DNA of 64,000 nt from Alphaproteobacteria bacterium (GTDB lineage Bacteria > Pseudomonadota > Alphaproteobacteria > UBA6615): the NCBI GenBank assembly GCA_965261975.1, contig CBDHEC010000008.1, forward strand, positions 32,001 through 96,000. The letters are read 5' to 3'. Shown here piece after piece: positions 1-8,867 of this stretch. The notes under the pieces were generated by a model that was not told the DNA's origin, did not search any database, and saw only the letters and a list, made by a program, of their open reading frames with translations. The position numbers were made by a program, and so were the translations under genes. Within the stretch, counting starts at the first letter, position 1. Each line of letters starts with the position of its first letter.

Positions 1-411
1 ATCGGGATAGGCGCCCGCCAGCGCCTTGGCCGAGGCCAGCAAATGCTCGCGTGAAATATCGACCGGGATATAGGCCGCCGGGGTCTCCAGCGCGTCCAGC
101 AGAATGCGGATCTTGGTGCTCGACCCACTGCCGAACTCCACCACGCTGGCGTTGGCGCCGATCAGCTCGGCGAACTCCGCTGCATGGGTGCGCAGCAACG
201 CGGTCTCGGTGCGGGTCGGGTAATACTCCGGCAGTTCACAGATATCGTCGAACAGCTGCGAGCCGCGCTCGTCGTAGAAATACTTGCTCGACAGCTTCTT
301 CTGGGTCTGGGCGAGCCCATCGAGGACATCGTCGAGAAAGCTGTCGGCCGCGTGGTCATATTCTACATAATCATGAAGCGGGCCGAGGCTCATCACTGCC
401 GCGTCGTTCAT
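1..411 (-). CDS. egtD: L-histidine N-alpha-methyltransferase (ergothioneine biosynthesis), 3' end runs off the window
   Basis: Not in the ORF track; translated by hand from ATG at 411, which overlaps the egtB stop: ...KKLSSKYFYDERGSQLFDDICELPEYYPTRTE...VVEFGSGSSTKIRILLDAL...YIPVDIS, typical EgtD motifs. Confidence 0.93.
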   Translation of the reverse strand, partial: MNDAAVMSLGPLHDYVEYDHAADSFLDDVLDGLAQTQKKLSSKYFYDERGSQLFDDICELPEYYPTRTETALLRTHAAEFAELIGANASVVEFGSGSSTKIRILLDALETPAAYIPVDISREHLLASAKALAGAYPD

Positions 412-1715
412 TGTTCGGCCCCGTCATCGGCCAGACGCACGCCGGCGAACACCCAGCGCATCGCGGGGTAGAAGAAGTTCCGATAGGTAGCGCGGGTGTG
501 TCCGTCGGGAGTCACACAAGCGCCGCCGCGCAAGACAAACTGATTGGCCATGAATTTCCCGTTATATTCGCCGACCGCGCCCGACACGGGCTTGAACCCC
601 GGATATGGCACATAGGGGCTCTGGGTCCACTCCCACACGTCGCCAAACATCTGTTCCGGCCGGTCGGATGGCTCGCCGGTCGCCGGCGCGGTGCGCAGCA
701 ACCCGGACCCGACGAAGTTGCCCTCGACAGGCTGGTCGCGGGCAAACACCTCCCACTCCCCTTCGCGCGGCAGGCGCTTGCCGGCCCAGCGCGCGTAGGC
801 ATCGGCCTCATAGAGGCTGACATGACAGACAGGCGCCTGATCGTTGACCTGCTGCAGGCCCGACAAAGACATCGCACACCATTCGTCGTCGACCATCTGC
901 CAGTAGAGCGGCGCGTTCCAGCCCTCCGCACCCACGGCGGCCCAACCATCGGACAGCCAGAGCTCGGGTCGCCCATAGCCATTGTCGGCCATGAACGCCT
1001 TCCATTCGCCGTTGGTCACAAGCCGTGACGCCAGCCGGAAGGGAGCCAAATGGACGTTGTGGCGCGGTCCCTCGTTATCGAAGGCGAATTCCGTGCCGTC
1101 ATGGCCGATCTCGACAAGCCCACCGGCGTGATCGAACCAGCGCAGCTCGGGCGCCTTGCGCGCCGGCGCGGCGCGATAAGTCTGATAGGCGGGCGCCACG
1201 CTGTTGAAGGAAAAGGCGTGGAGAATATCCATCAGGATCAGCTCCTGATGCTGCTGCTCATGATGCAGCCCCAGCGCAATCAGCGGAGCGACCCTGTCCC
1301 AGGTCTTCTCGTCCGCATCGTTGATCAGGGCCCGCATCGCGTCATCGACATGGTTGCGATAGGCCTTCACTTGTTCCGCCGTCGGGCGGGTCAGGAGGCC
1401 TCGCTCGGGTCGCGGATGGCGCGCGCCGACGGCGTCGTAATAGGAATTGAAGAGAAATCGGTAATGCTCATCGAGCGGTTCATAACCGCCCGCAAAGTCC
1501 CGCAGGATCATGGTCTCGAAGAACCAGGTGATATGCGCACGATGCCATTTGGTCGGGCTCGCATCGGGCATCGACTGCACGACCTGGTCTTCCGCCGACA
1601 GGGGTGCTGCAAGGCGCTCGGTCTCGCCGCGCACCCAGTTGAAATGATCGAGAACCTGTCCCCGGTCACGCGGATGCGCATCGAGGATCACCGGCTCGGA
1701 CCCCAAGGATGTCAC
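408..1715 (-). CDS. egtB: Ergothioneine biosynthesis sulfoxide synthase (DinB + FGE-sulfatase domains)
   Basis: QSMPDASPTKWHRAH, HEQQHQELILMD, GDVWEWT, GEYNGKFM and YRNFF motifs; GTG start at 1715 follows AGGAG; coupled to egtD. Confidence 0.92.
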   Translation of the reverse strand: MTSLGSEPVILDAHPRDRGQVLDHFNWVRGETERLAAPLSAEDQVVQSMPDASPTKWHRAHITWFFETMILRDFAGGYEPLDEHYRFLFNSYYDAVGARHPRPERGLLTRPTAEQVKAYRNHVDDAMRALINDADEKTWDRVAPLIALGLHHEQQHQELILMDILHAFSFNSVAPAYQTYRAAPARKAPELRWFDHAGGLVEIGHDGTEFAFDNEGPRHNVHLAPFRLASRLVTNGEWKAFMADNGYGRPELWLSDGWAAVGAEGWNAPLYWQMVDDEWCAMSLSGLQQVNDQAPVCHVSLYEADAYARWAGKRLPREGEWEVFARDQPVEGNFVGSGLLRTAPATGEPSDRPEQMFGDVWEWTQSPYVPYPGFKPVSGAVGEYNGKFMANQFVLRGGACVTPDGHTRATYRNFFYPAMRWVFAGVRLADDGAEQ

Positions 1716-1950
1716 GGCGCTTCTCCTGTTGGCGCCCGCGTCCCGCACGACCGTCTTTCCGGGACACTTCACACCGCAGCGCAAGATCGGCCACGGATCG
1801 AATTCCGTCCGGATCGCGTGCCGGACGTGACGGTCGGCGCCAAGTAAACCAAGCCGGCTCGCGCGCCGTCAACCGAAAGCCCGGAGAATTTGAGAAGTTG
1901 AAGACCGCGCCCGACATTGACGCAACGGACCGTCCGACTATGTTGTGCCC

Positions 1951-2322
1951 ATGAGCGCGAACACACCAACACCCGAAGGCTTCCACGCCCACGTCTATTA
2001 CGACGCCGAGAGCAAGGCCGAAGCCGAAGCGCTGCGCGCGGAGATCGACGCGCGCTACGACGTTGAACTGGGCCGCTGGCACGACAAGCCCGTCGGCCCG
2101 CACCCCTTCTGGAGCTACCAGGTAGCGTTCAAACCCGAACTGTTCGGCGAGATCGTGCCCTGGCTGGCGATGAACCGTCGCGATCTGTCGATTCTGGTGC
2201 ACCCCGAGACCGGCGACGACCTGACGGATCATTCGACCTACGCCATATGGCTGGGCGAAAGCGCAACCCTGGATCTGAAACGCTTCCGCGAGCGGGCTGC
2301 CGAACGGGCCGCAAAACGCTGA
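1951..2322 (+). CDS. DOPA 4,5-dioxygenase family protein
   Basis: FHAHVYYD, PVGPHPFWSYQVAF and LVHPETGDDLTDH motifs. Confidence 0.88.
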   Translation: MSANTPTPEGFHAHVYYDAESKAEAEALRAEIDARYDVELGRWHDKPVGPHPFWSYQVAFKPELFGEIVPWLAMNRRDLSILVHPETGDDLTDHSTYAIWLGESATLDLKRFRERAAERAAKR

Positions 2323-2453
2323 ACAAGCAGGCCTGACGGTTCCCAAACGAACGGTTTCCAAGCCCCGCGGGGACCGCTACAACACCCGCAAGCATTCCAT
2401 CCACCCGGCCACGCTCTCGTACCGGAACCAATCAACATCAGGGGGAACCCAGC

Positions 2454-3296
2454 ATGAAACTCGTACGCTATGGCTCACGCGGCAAGGAAAAGCCCGGTCT
2501 GATCGACGCCAACGGCAAGCTTCGCGACCTGTCTCGGGTCGTCGTCGATATCAACGCCGAAACCCTCTCGCCGAAGGGTCTCGCGGCCATCCGCAAGCGC
2601 GACCCCAAGCGCCTGCCGCTGGTCAAGGGCAACCCGCGCCTCGGACCCTGTGTGGTCGAGCGCCGGGTCTTCGCCATCGCGCTCAACTACAAGGAGCATG
2701 CCGAGGAGGCCAACGCGGCCATCCCTTCGGAGCCGTTTGTCTTCACCAAGACATGCCCGCCCACCGGCCACCGCGATAACATCGTGCTGCCGAAGGGGTC
2801 AGTGAAGACCGACTGGGAGGTCGAGCTTTGCCTGGTCATGGGCCGTAAGGCCAAGCATGTGTCCAAGAAGGACGCGCTCAAATACGTCGCGGGCTATTTC
2901 GCCGGCAACGAGGTCTCCGAGCGCGAGTTCCTGATCGAGCGCGGCGGCCTGCAGTGGATCAAGGGCAAGAGCCCCGACACCTTCGCACCGATCGGCCCCT
3001 GGCTGCTGACGGCCGACGAGGTGGCGAACCCGAACAATCTGCACATGTGGCTCGAGGTGAACGGTGAGCGGAAGCAGGACAACAACACCAAGGACATGAT
3101 CTACGACTGCAAGACGATCGTCTCCAACCTGAGCAAGACGATCACACTGTATCCGGGTGATATTATCATGACCGGCACGCCCCAGGGCGTGGCCTATGGT
3201 CAGAAAAACCCGAAATACCTGCGCGCGGGTGACGTTGTGACCTTGGGCATCGAGGGCCTCGGCGAACACCGCAACAAGGTCGTGAAGTCCAAGTAA
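2454..3296 (+). CDS. Fumarylacetoacetate hydrolase family protein
   Basis: ALNYKEH, DWEVEL, KGKSPDTFAPIGP and GDIIMTGTP motifs. Confidence 0.92.
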   Translation: MKLVRYGSRGKEKPGLIDANGKLRDLSRVVVDINAETLSPKGLAAIRKRDPKRLPLVKGNPRLGPCVVERRVFAIALNYKEHAEEANAAIPSEPFVFTKTCPPTGHRDNIVLPKGSVKTDWEVELCLVMGRKAKHVSKKDALKYVAGYFAGNEVSEREFLIERGGLQWIKGKSPDTFAPIGPWLLTADEVANPNNLHMWLEVNGERKQDNNTKDMIYDCKTIVSNLSKTITLYPGDIIMTGTPQGVAYGQKNPKYLRAGDVVTLGIEGLGEHRNKVVKSK

Positions 3297-3320
3297 CGAG
3301 ATTCAACTTCTCGAATTGCA

Positions 3321-3351
3321 GCGGGCCGCGCACACCAGCGCGGCCCGTTTT
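3321..3351 (+). terminator. Rho-independent terminator-like hairpin between convergent genes
   Basis: GCGGGCCGCGC-acacca-GCGCGGCCCGT followed by TTT. Confidence 0.6.
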
Positions 3352-3372
3352 GCATTCCCGCGCGCCTCGGCC

Positions 3373-4377
3373 TCAGGCCAGCGCCGGCATGACCTCGTCG
3401 CGGAACAGCCGCAGGGATTCCCGCGAACCGGTGATATCAATCAGCAGAACATATTCAATCCCACCCGCACGCATGCGCTGCAACCGATCGACGATTTCCT
3501 CGGGCGGTCCGATCAGCGCGCCTTCTTCCGTGGCCAGCCGGGTGTCGTTGTACTGCAGCATGGTCGATTGCGGTCCACCCCCCTCGCGGATGCGCGACAG
3601 GCGCGAGATACCACTCAGCAGCCGTGCGCGTTGCTGGTGTGCCGCCTCGCGTTCGGATTCGTCGTGGGTGATGTGGAGCGCGCGGGCCACGGCCACGTTC
3701 ATGGGGTCGAAAACACGGCCCGAACTCTCGATCGCCGCGCGGTAGGTATCGAACCGTTCCTGAATCAGATCGAATGATGCGATCTGGTCGAGCAGCAGGT
3801 TGAAATTGTTGTCCGCCGCCCATTGGAGCCCGCCCGGGCTGCCCGCGGCGAGCCACATGGGCGGGTGCGGCCGCTGGATCGGCGGCGGTTCCACGACGAT
3901 GTCCTGGAACGTCCAATGCTTGCCGATATGGGTGAAGCGTTCTTCCGAGGTCCAGGCACGGCGGATCACCTCCAGGGATTCCTCGAACAGCTCCTGCGCG
4001 TCGGCCGGCCGGACGTTGAAACCGTTGAACTCGTTCGGCCGGTAGCCCTTGCCGACACCAAACTCCAGCCGACCGCCCGACAGCAGATCCACCGTCGCCG
4101 CCTGCTCGGCGAGCAACACCGGATTGTGCCAGGGCAGCACGACGACCGCCGTGCCCAGGCGCATCCGTGTGGTGCGCGCCGCCAGATAGGTCAGCAGGTT
4201 GAGCGAGGCGGACACCTGACCGAAGCCGGTGAAGTGATGCTCGACCAGGAACACCGAGTGATAGCCGAGCTCCTCGGCCTCCTCGACATAGCCGATGAAA
4301 TCCCGGTAGCCCTGGGTGCTGTCGCGGGCCACACCGCCGCGTCGCGACGAGGCACCGCCAAACAGTCCGAACTTCAT
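3373..4377 (-). CDS. LLM-class (luciferase-like) flavin-dependent oxidoreductase
   Basis: MKFGLF, LVEHHF, RLGTAVVVLPWHNP, DLLSGGRLEFGVGKGY; start trimmed to ATG at 4377. Confidence 0.92.
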   Translation of the reverse strand: MKFGLFGGASSRRGGVARDSTQGYRDFIGYVEEAEELGYHSVFLVEHHFTGFGQVSASLNLLTYLAARTTRMRLGTAVVVLPWHNPVLLAEQAATVDLLSGGRLEFGVGKGYRPNEFNGFNVRPADAQELFEESLEVIRRAWTSEERFTHIGKHWTFQDIVVEPPPIQRPHPPMWLAAGSPGGLQWAADNNFNLLLDQIASFDLIQERFDTYRAAIESSGRVFDPMNVAVARALHITHDESEREAAHQQRARLLSGISRLSRIREGGGPQSTMLQYNDTRLATEEGALIGPPEEIVDRLQRMRAGGIEYVLLIDITGSRESLRLFRDEVMPALA

Positions 4378-4396
4378 CGCGACCTCAATCCAACGC

Positions 4397-5398
4397 CTAG
4401 TTGCGCACGCGCTCGCGCTTGCCGCTCTTGGCGGACTTCGCCAGCGCTTCAAGCACGGCGACATTGCCGATCCGCTCGACGTCGGTGAACGGATAGTCCT
4501 TCTTGCCGGCAACGGCGTCGGCCCAGGCCTCGAAGTTCATCTTCACCGTGTCACGCGGCTTGTAGGTCTTGTGGGTGCGCTTGCCACCGGCAATGCTGAT
4601 CGTCATATGCGTGTCGTCCCAGTCTTCGGGGTGCGCTGTGTCCACGATCTCGACCCAGCCCTTGCTGCCGAACACGGCGAAACGGGCATAGTAAGGCGTC
4701 TTCGACACGACGTTGATGGTCCCCAGCGTCCGGTCCTTGAACTGGAACTGCGTGCTCACAACATCGCCCGACGGCAGTTTCAGTACCCGGCGATCGCTGG
4801 CCGCGTTGACCCATTGGATCGGCCCGAACAGGCTGATCATGAAATCCGTGAGATGCACACCCATGCCCGTCCAGCCTGCAGCCGGCGCATCTTTCGGGTT
4901 GCCGCGCCAATTGTCCGCCTTGAGCGGAGTAAACTTGTCGTGGGAGTTGTTGGCCTCGACCGCGATGATGGTGCCGAGTTCCTTTTTGGCGACCATCTCG
5001 GCCAGCTTCATCCAGGCCGGCTCATAACGGCGTTCATGGCCGAGCCCGAGGATAATCCCACGGTCGCGACACGCCTTGACCATCTTCTTCGCGCTGGCAG
5101 ACGTCAGGGAGAGCGGCTTTTCACAGAAGATCTGCTTCTTCGCCCGGGCCGCCTGCATCAGCAGCGCCTCATGAGTGGTGTGCGGCGTGGTCAGGATCAC
5201 GCCCTCGACATTCGGGTCCTTGAGGGCCTCGGCATAGTCGGTCGTCAGCGGCACGCCATGTTCCTTGGCGAGCCTGCGGGCGGCGGCCGTGGGCTTCACC
5301 TCAACGATCCGCACGACGCGAATCTTGCGGCTCTTGTCCAGGGTCTTGACGACATGGCTGCCCCACCAGCCCAATCCGATAACGGCGACGTTCAACAT
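4397..5398 (-). CDS. Gfo/Idh/MocA family oxidoreductase
   Basis: N-terminal VAVIGLGWWG Rossmann motif; FCEKP; GHERRY. Confidence 0.9.
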   Translation of the reverse strand: MLNVAVIGLGWWGSHVVKTLDKSRKIRVVRIVEVKPTAAARRLAKEHGVPLTTDYAEALKDPNVEGVILTTPHTTHEALLMQAARAKKQIFCEKPLSLTSASAKKMVKACRDRGIILGLGHERRYEPAWMKLAEMVAKKELGTIIAVEANNSHDKFTPLKADNWRGNPKDAPAAGWTGMGVHLTDFMISLFGPIQWVNAASDRRVLKLPSGDVVSTQFQFKDRTLGTINVVSKTPYYARFAVFGSKGWVEIVDTAHPEDWDDTHMTISIAGGKRTHKTYKPRDTVKMNFEAWADAVAGKKDYPFTDVERIGNVAVLEALAKSAKSGKRERVRN

Positions 5399-5490
5399 GC
5401 TGATCCACTCCTGCGAATAAGGTCTCAAATCCGCCCCGCGCGGGGCGGCCAGAACCTAGCATGGCGTGTATCGGGCCAAAAGCGGCAGAC

Positions 5491-6387
5491 CTACTCCCCG
5501 CCGGTGCGCGCCACCAGCACGATCGCCCCCGACACGATAAGCGCTGCGCCGGCAATGGCGATCCAGGACGGCAGGACGGCAAATGCGGCGAAGTCGTAGA
5601 CCGCCGCGAAAATCAGCACGGAGTAGAAGGCCGGCATCACGAAGCTCGCATCGCCGCGCCGGAGGGCCTGCATGTAGAAGACCTGGGCCGACACCATGAC
5701 CGCGCCGATCGCCGCCAGGAACACCCACTGCAAACCGCTCGGCCAGACCCAGACGAGGCTCGCCGCCGATAATGATATGCAGGCGCCGATCGTGTTGTTG
5801 ATGATCAGGATCCGCAACGCCGGCTCGGTGTCGGCGAGCCGCTTGATGAAGATCGTCTCCAGCCCCATGAATCCTGCGGCCGCCAGTGCCAGTAGGCCCG
5901 CGACCTGGAAGGCGTCGGACCCGGGCCGCAGGATCAGCGCGGCACCGGCAACCGCGAGCGCGGCGGCGATGATCTTCCGCGCCCCGACCCGCTCGCCGAG
6001 CATCGGGATCGCAAGCGCCATCGCCACCAGCGGACTGAGGAAACTGATCGCGGTCGCCTCGGCAATCGGCATCCGGGACACCGCGGCGAACATGGCGGTC
6101 ACGCCAAGCCAGCCGCAAATCACCCGCATGAGATGCCATTGCCATTTTGCGCCGCCGAAACGCGGTCGCGCCTTCGGAACGGCACCGACAAACAGCAGGA
6201 GCGTGGCGAGGCCGAACACGAAACGTCCGGCGCTGATCTGGAACGGATTCAGGCCCGCCGATGCACCGTCGGGCAAGCCCAGCACCTTGGCGAACAGGGA
6301 CGTTCCGGCGACCAACGCACCCGCAGCGAACATGAGAGCGACGGCAAGGGAGGATACCGCGCTCGGCTTATGGGTTACGAACAGCAC
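5491..6387 (-). CDS. DMT/EamA family transporter
   Basis: About 10 hydrophobic segments; LGERVG motif; exact start uncertain. Confidence 0.85.
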   Translation of the reverse strand: MLFVTHKPSAVSSLAVALMFAAGALVAGTSLFAKVLGLPDGASAGLNPFQISAGRFVFGLATLLLFVGAVPKARPRFGGAKWQWHLMRVICGWLGVTAMFAAVSRMPIAEATAISFLSPLVAMALAIPMLGERVGARKIIAAALAVAGAALILRPGSDAFQVAGLLALAAAGFMGLETIFIKRLADTEPALRILIINNTIGACISLSAASLVWVWPSGLQWVFLAAIGAVMVSAQVFYMQALRRGDASFVMPAFYSVLIFAAVYDFAAFAVLPSWIAIAGAALIVSGAIVLVARTGGE

Positions 6388-6460
6388 TGAACCAAGCTAC
6401 AGGACACGCACGAGTTTGCTAAGCTCAATGCCGCTTGCCGGCCGAATTGTCAGGGACAAC

Positions 6461-6886
6461 ATGACGAAGACCACACCCGAAACCTTCAACGCGCTGACCG
6501 ACCGCGAACTGCCGATGGCGGCCAATCTCGGCTTCCGGGCCGAGGCCATCGGCGAGGGCACGGCGCGGGTGCGCGCGCCCTTCAACGAGGCCTTCACACG
6601 GCCGGGCGGCACCATCAGCGGGCCGGTGATGATGGCGCTCACGGATTTCGGCATGTATGCGGCCGTGATGGGGGCGATCGGCGAGGTGTCGCTCGCCGTG
6701 ACCACGAACCTGAACATCAACTTCCTGCGCCTGCCGGCCCCGGTTGACGTCGTCGCGGACTGCAATGTCATCAAGCTCGGCAAGCGTCTCGCCGTGATCG
6801 AAGTGACGCTTTATTCGGACGGCGACGACGCGCCCATCGCCCATGCGACCGGCACCTACTCGATACCGCCGGATGCCGCGCGTTAG
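6461..6886 (+). CDS. PaaI family thioesterase (hotdog fold)
   Basis: RPGGTISGPVMMALTD and TTNLNINFLR motifs; ATG at 6461. Confidence 0.9.
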   Translation: MTKTTPETFNALTDRELPMAANLGFRAEAIGEGTARVRAPFNEAFTRPGGTISGPVMMALTDFGMYAAVMGAIGEVSLAVTTNLNINFLRLPAPVDVVADCNVIKLGKRLAVIEVTLYSDGDDAPIAHATGTYSIPPDAAR

Positions 6887-6990
6887 CGGCACAAAACCCG
6901 TGCGCAGGGCCAACTGGACAAGGCCCGGATCGACTGATACGAGTCCGGCCAGAAACTGTTCAACAACGATAATCTCAAAGGAGAGATCTT

Positions 6991-7965
6991 GTGGCTGATA
7001 GCTCGATCTTCGCCGTCGCAGACTCGCCGTTCCCCTCGCTGGAACCCGTCGAAAACGTCCTCGCGGACTTCAACCCGACCATCAACATGGCGGCCGACAC
7101 GTCCGAGGATGCCATCATCGAGGCGGCCAAGGGCGCCAAGGCCTTGTTCGTCACCTACGCCCAGATCACCGCGAAGGTTATCGATTCCCTCGACGGTTGC
7201 GGTGCGATTGGCCGCTTCGGCATCGGGCTGGACAATATCGACCTCGACGCCGCCACGGCGGCGGGCATTCCGGTGGTCTACGCGCCGCAATACTGCCTCG
7301 ACGAGGTGTCGGACCACACCATGGCGCTGCTGCTGACCGCGGCCCGCAAGACCGCGCTGGCCGACAAGCTGGTCAAGGAAGGCCGCTGGGAGATGCCGGC
7401 GGTCGTGCCGATCATGCGCTTCCGGGGCAAGACCATGGGCCTCGTGGGCTTCGGCAACATCGCCCAGCTGGTAGCCGAGAAGGCGCAGGCCTTCGGTATC
7501 AACGTCATTTCGTCCGACCCCTTCGTGAAGCCCGAAGTCGCGGCGGCGAAGGGCGTGGAGCTGGTCGAATTCGATGCGCTGCTCGAGCGTTCCGACTATG
7601 TGTCGGTCCACGCGCCCCTCACACCGGCGACCGAGAACATGTTCTCGACCGACGCCTTTGCCAAGATGAAGAGCACGGCGTTTATCGTGAACACCGCGCG
7701 TGGCGGCCTGATCGACACCGCGGCCCTCGTTGCCGCACTCGACGCCGGCGAGATTGCCGGGGCGGGTCTCGACGTGCTGCCCCAGGAGCCGCCGGCCGAA
7801 GACGACCCGATCCTGTCGCGCGACGATGTGGTGATCAATCCGCACACCTCCTTCTATTCGGAAGACGCGCTGCTCGATCTGCAGACCACCGTCGCGGGCG
7901 ATGTTCGGTCATTGCTGAACGGCGATCAGCCGAAATGGCCCGCCAATCCGGACGTTTTCAAGTAG
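6991..7965 (+). CDS. D-2-hydroxyacid dehydrogenase family (CtBP/SerA-like)
   Basis: GLVGFGNIA, VNTARGGLID, GLDV and NPH motifs; AAGGAG RBS before GTG. Confidence 0.92.
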   Translation: MADSSIFAVADSPFPSLEPVENVLADFNPTINMAADTSEDAIIEAAKGAKALFVTYAQITAKVIDSLDGCGAIGRFGIGLDNIDLDAATAAGIPVVYAPQYCLDEVSDHTMALLLTAARKTALADKLVKEGRWEMPAVVPIMRFRGKTMGLVGFGNIAQLVAEKAQAFGINVISSDPFVKPEVAAAKGVELVEFDALLERSDYVSVHAPLTPATENMFSTDAFAKMKSTAFIVNTARGGLIDTAALVAALDAGEIAGAGLDVLPQEPPAEDDPILSRDDVVINPHTSFYSEDALLDLQTTVAGDVRSLLNGDQPKWPANPDVFK

Positions 7966-8019
7966 GGCCTCCGTACCCCACCCCGCGTTACCACCACATT
8001 CCAATTGGAGGGTTCATTC

Positions 8020-8811
8020 ATGTCGCAGCCCGACACCGGTTCCAGTTCAGACATCCTCGACAGTTTCCGTCTCGACGATCGCGTGGCGATCGTGACGGGC
8101 GCCAGCGAGGGCATCGGTCGTGCCCTGTCACTGGGCCTGGCCAGCGCGGGGGCAGACGTGGTCGTCTGCAGCCGCGACAAGAGCAAGCTCGAGGGACTTG
8201 TCAGCGAGATCAAAGCGCTCGGCCGGCGCGCCGAGGCGTATTCGATCGATCTGTCACAGGTCGACCAGATCGCGGGCCTCAGGGATTTCGTCAAGAGCGA
8301 GTTCGGCCGACTGGACATTCTTATCAACGGTGCTGCCTATACGGTCGAGGCGCTCGCCTGGGATACCACCGAACCTGAATGGAACAAGTCCATCGACACC
8401 AGCCTCAAGGGCACCTTCTTCGCCTGCACGATTCTCGGCGAGCTGATGCGCGAGGCCGGTTACGGCAAGATCATCAACCTGAGCTCGACCTTCGCCCGTT
8501 CAACCCAGCCCACCCGTTCGGTCTACGCCGCCATCAAGGCAGCGATCAGTCACCTGACGGAAGCGCTCGCGGTCGAGTGGGGACCGGAGGGCATTCGCAT
8601 CAACTCGCTGGCGCCGACTGCAGTGCGCACGCCCAGCCGCCAGGAGTTTCTCGCGAAGTTCGAAGACAACATTGTCAGCCGCGTGCCGCTCGGCCGCATC
8701 GCGGAAACCGAAGATCTGCTGGCGGCGGCGGTGTATCTCGCCAGCCCGGCATCCGACTTTGTGACCGGACACACGCTCTTCGTCGACGGCGGTTTCGTCG
8801 CAAAGGGATAA
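8020..8811 (+). CDS. SDR family oxidoreductase
   Basis: TGASEGIG, catalytic YAAIK, VTGHTLFVDGG. Confidence 0.92.
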   Translation: MSQPDTGSSSDILDSFRLDDRVAIVTGASEGIGRALSLGLASAGADVVVCSRDKSKLEGLVSEIKALGRRAEAYSIDLSQVDQIAGLRDFVKSEFGRLDILINGAAYTVEALAWDTTEPEWNKSIDTSLKGTFFACTILGELMREAGYGKIINLSSTFARSTQPTRSVYAAIKAAISHLTEALAVEWGPEGIRINSLAPTAVRTPSRQEFLAKFEDNIVSRVPLGRIAETEDLLAAAVYLASPASDFVTGHTLFVDGGFVAKG

Positions 8812-8867
8812 CGGCCTTTGGGTTCGATGCCTTGTCGGCATCGATCACCGAGGCAAGGCGACCGAGC

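Noticed and set aside
408-1715. egtB as the selenoneine synthase SenA
   Set aside because: It is coupled to egtD, and no senB glycosyltransferase or selD/senC gene is visible in the window.
5696-6460. Long N-terminal extension of the PaaI thioesterase ORF
   Set aside because: Overlaps the DMT gene on the opposite strand; the PaaI domain starts at ATG 6461.
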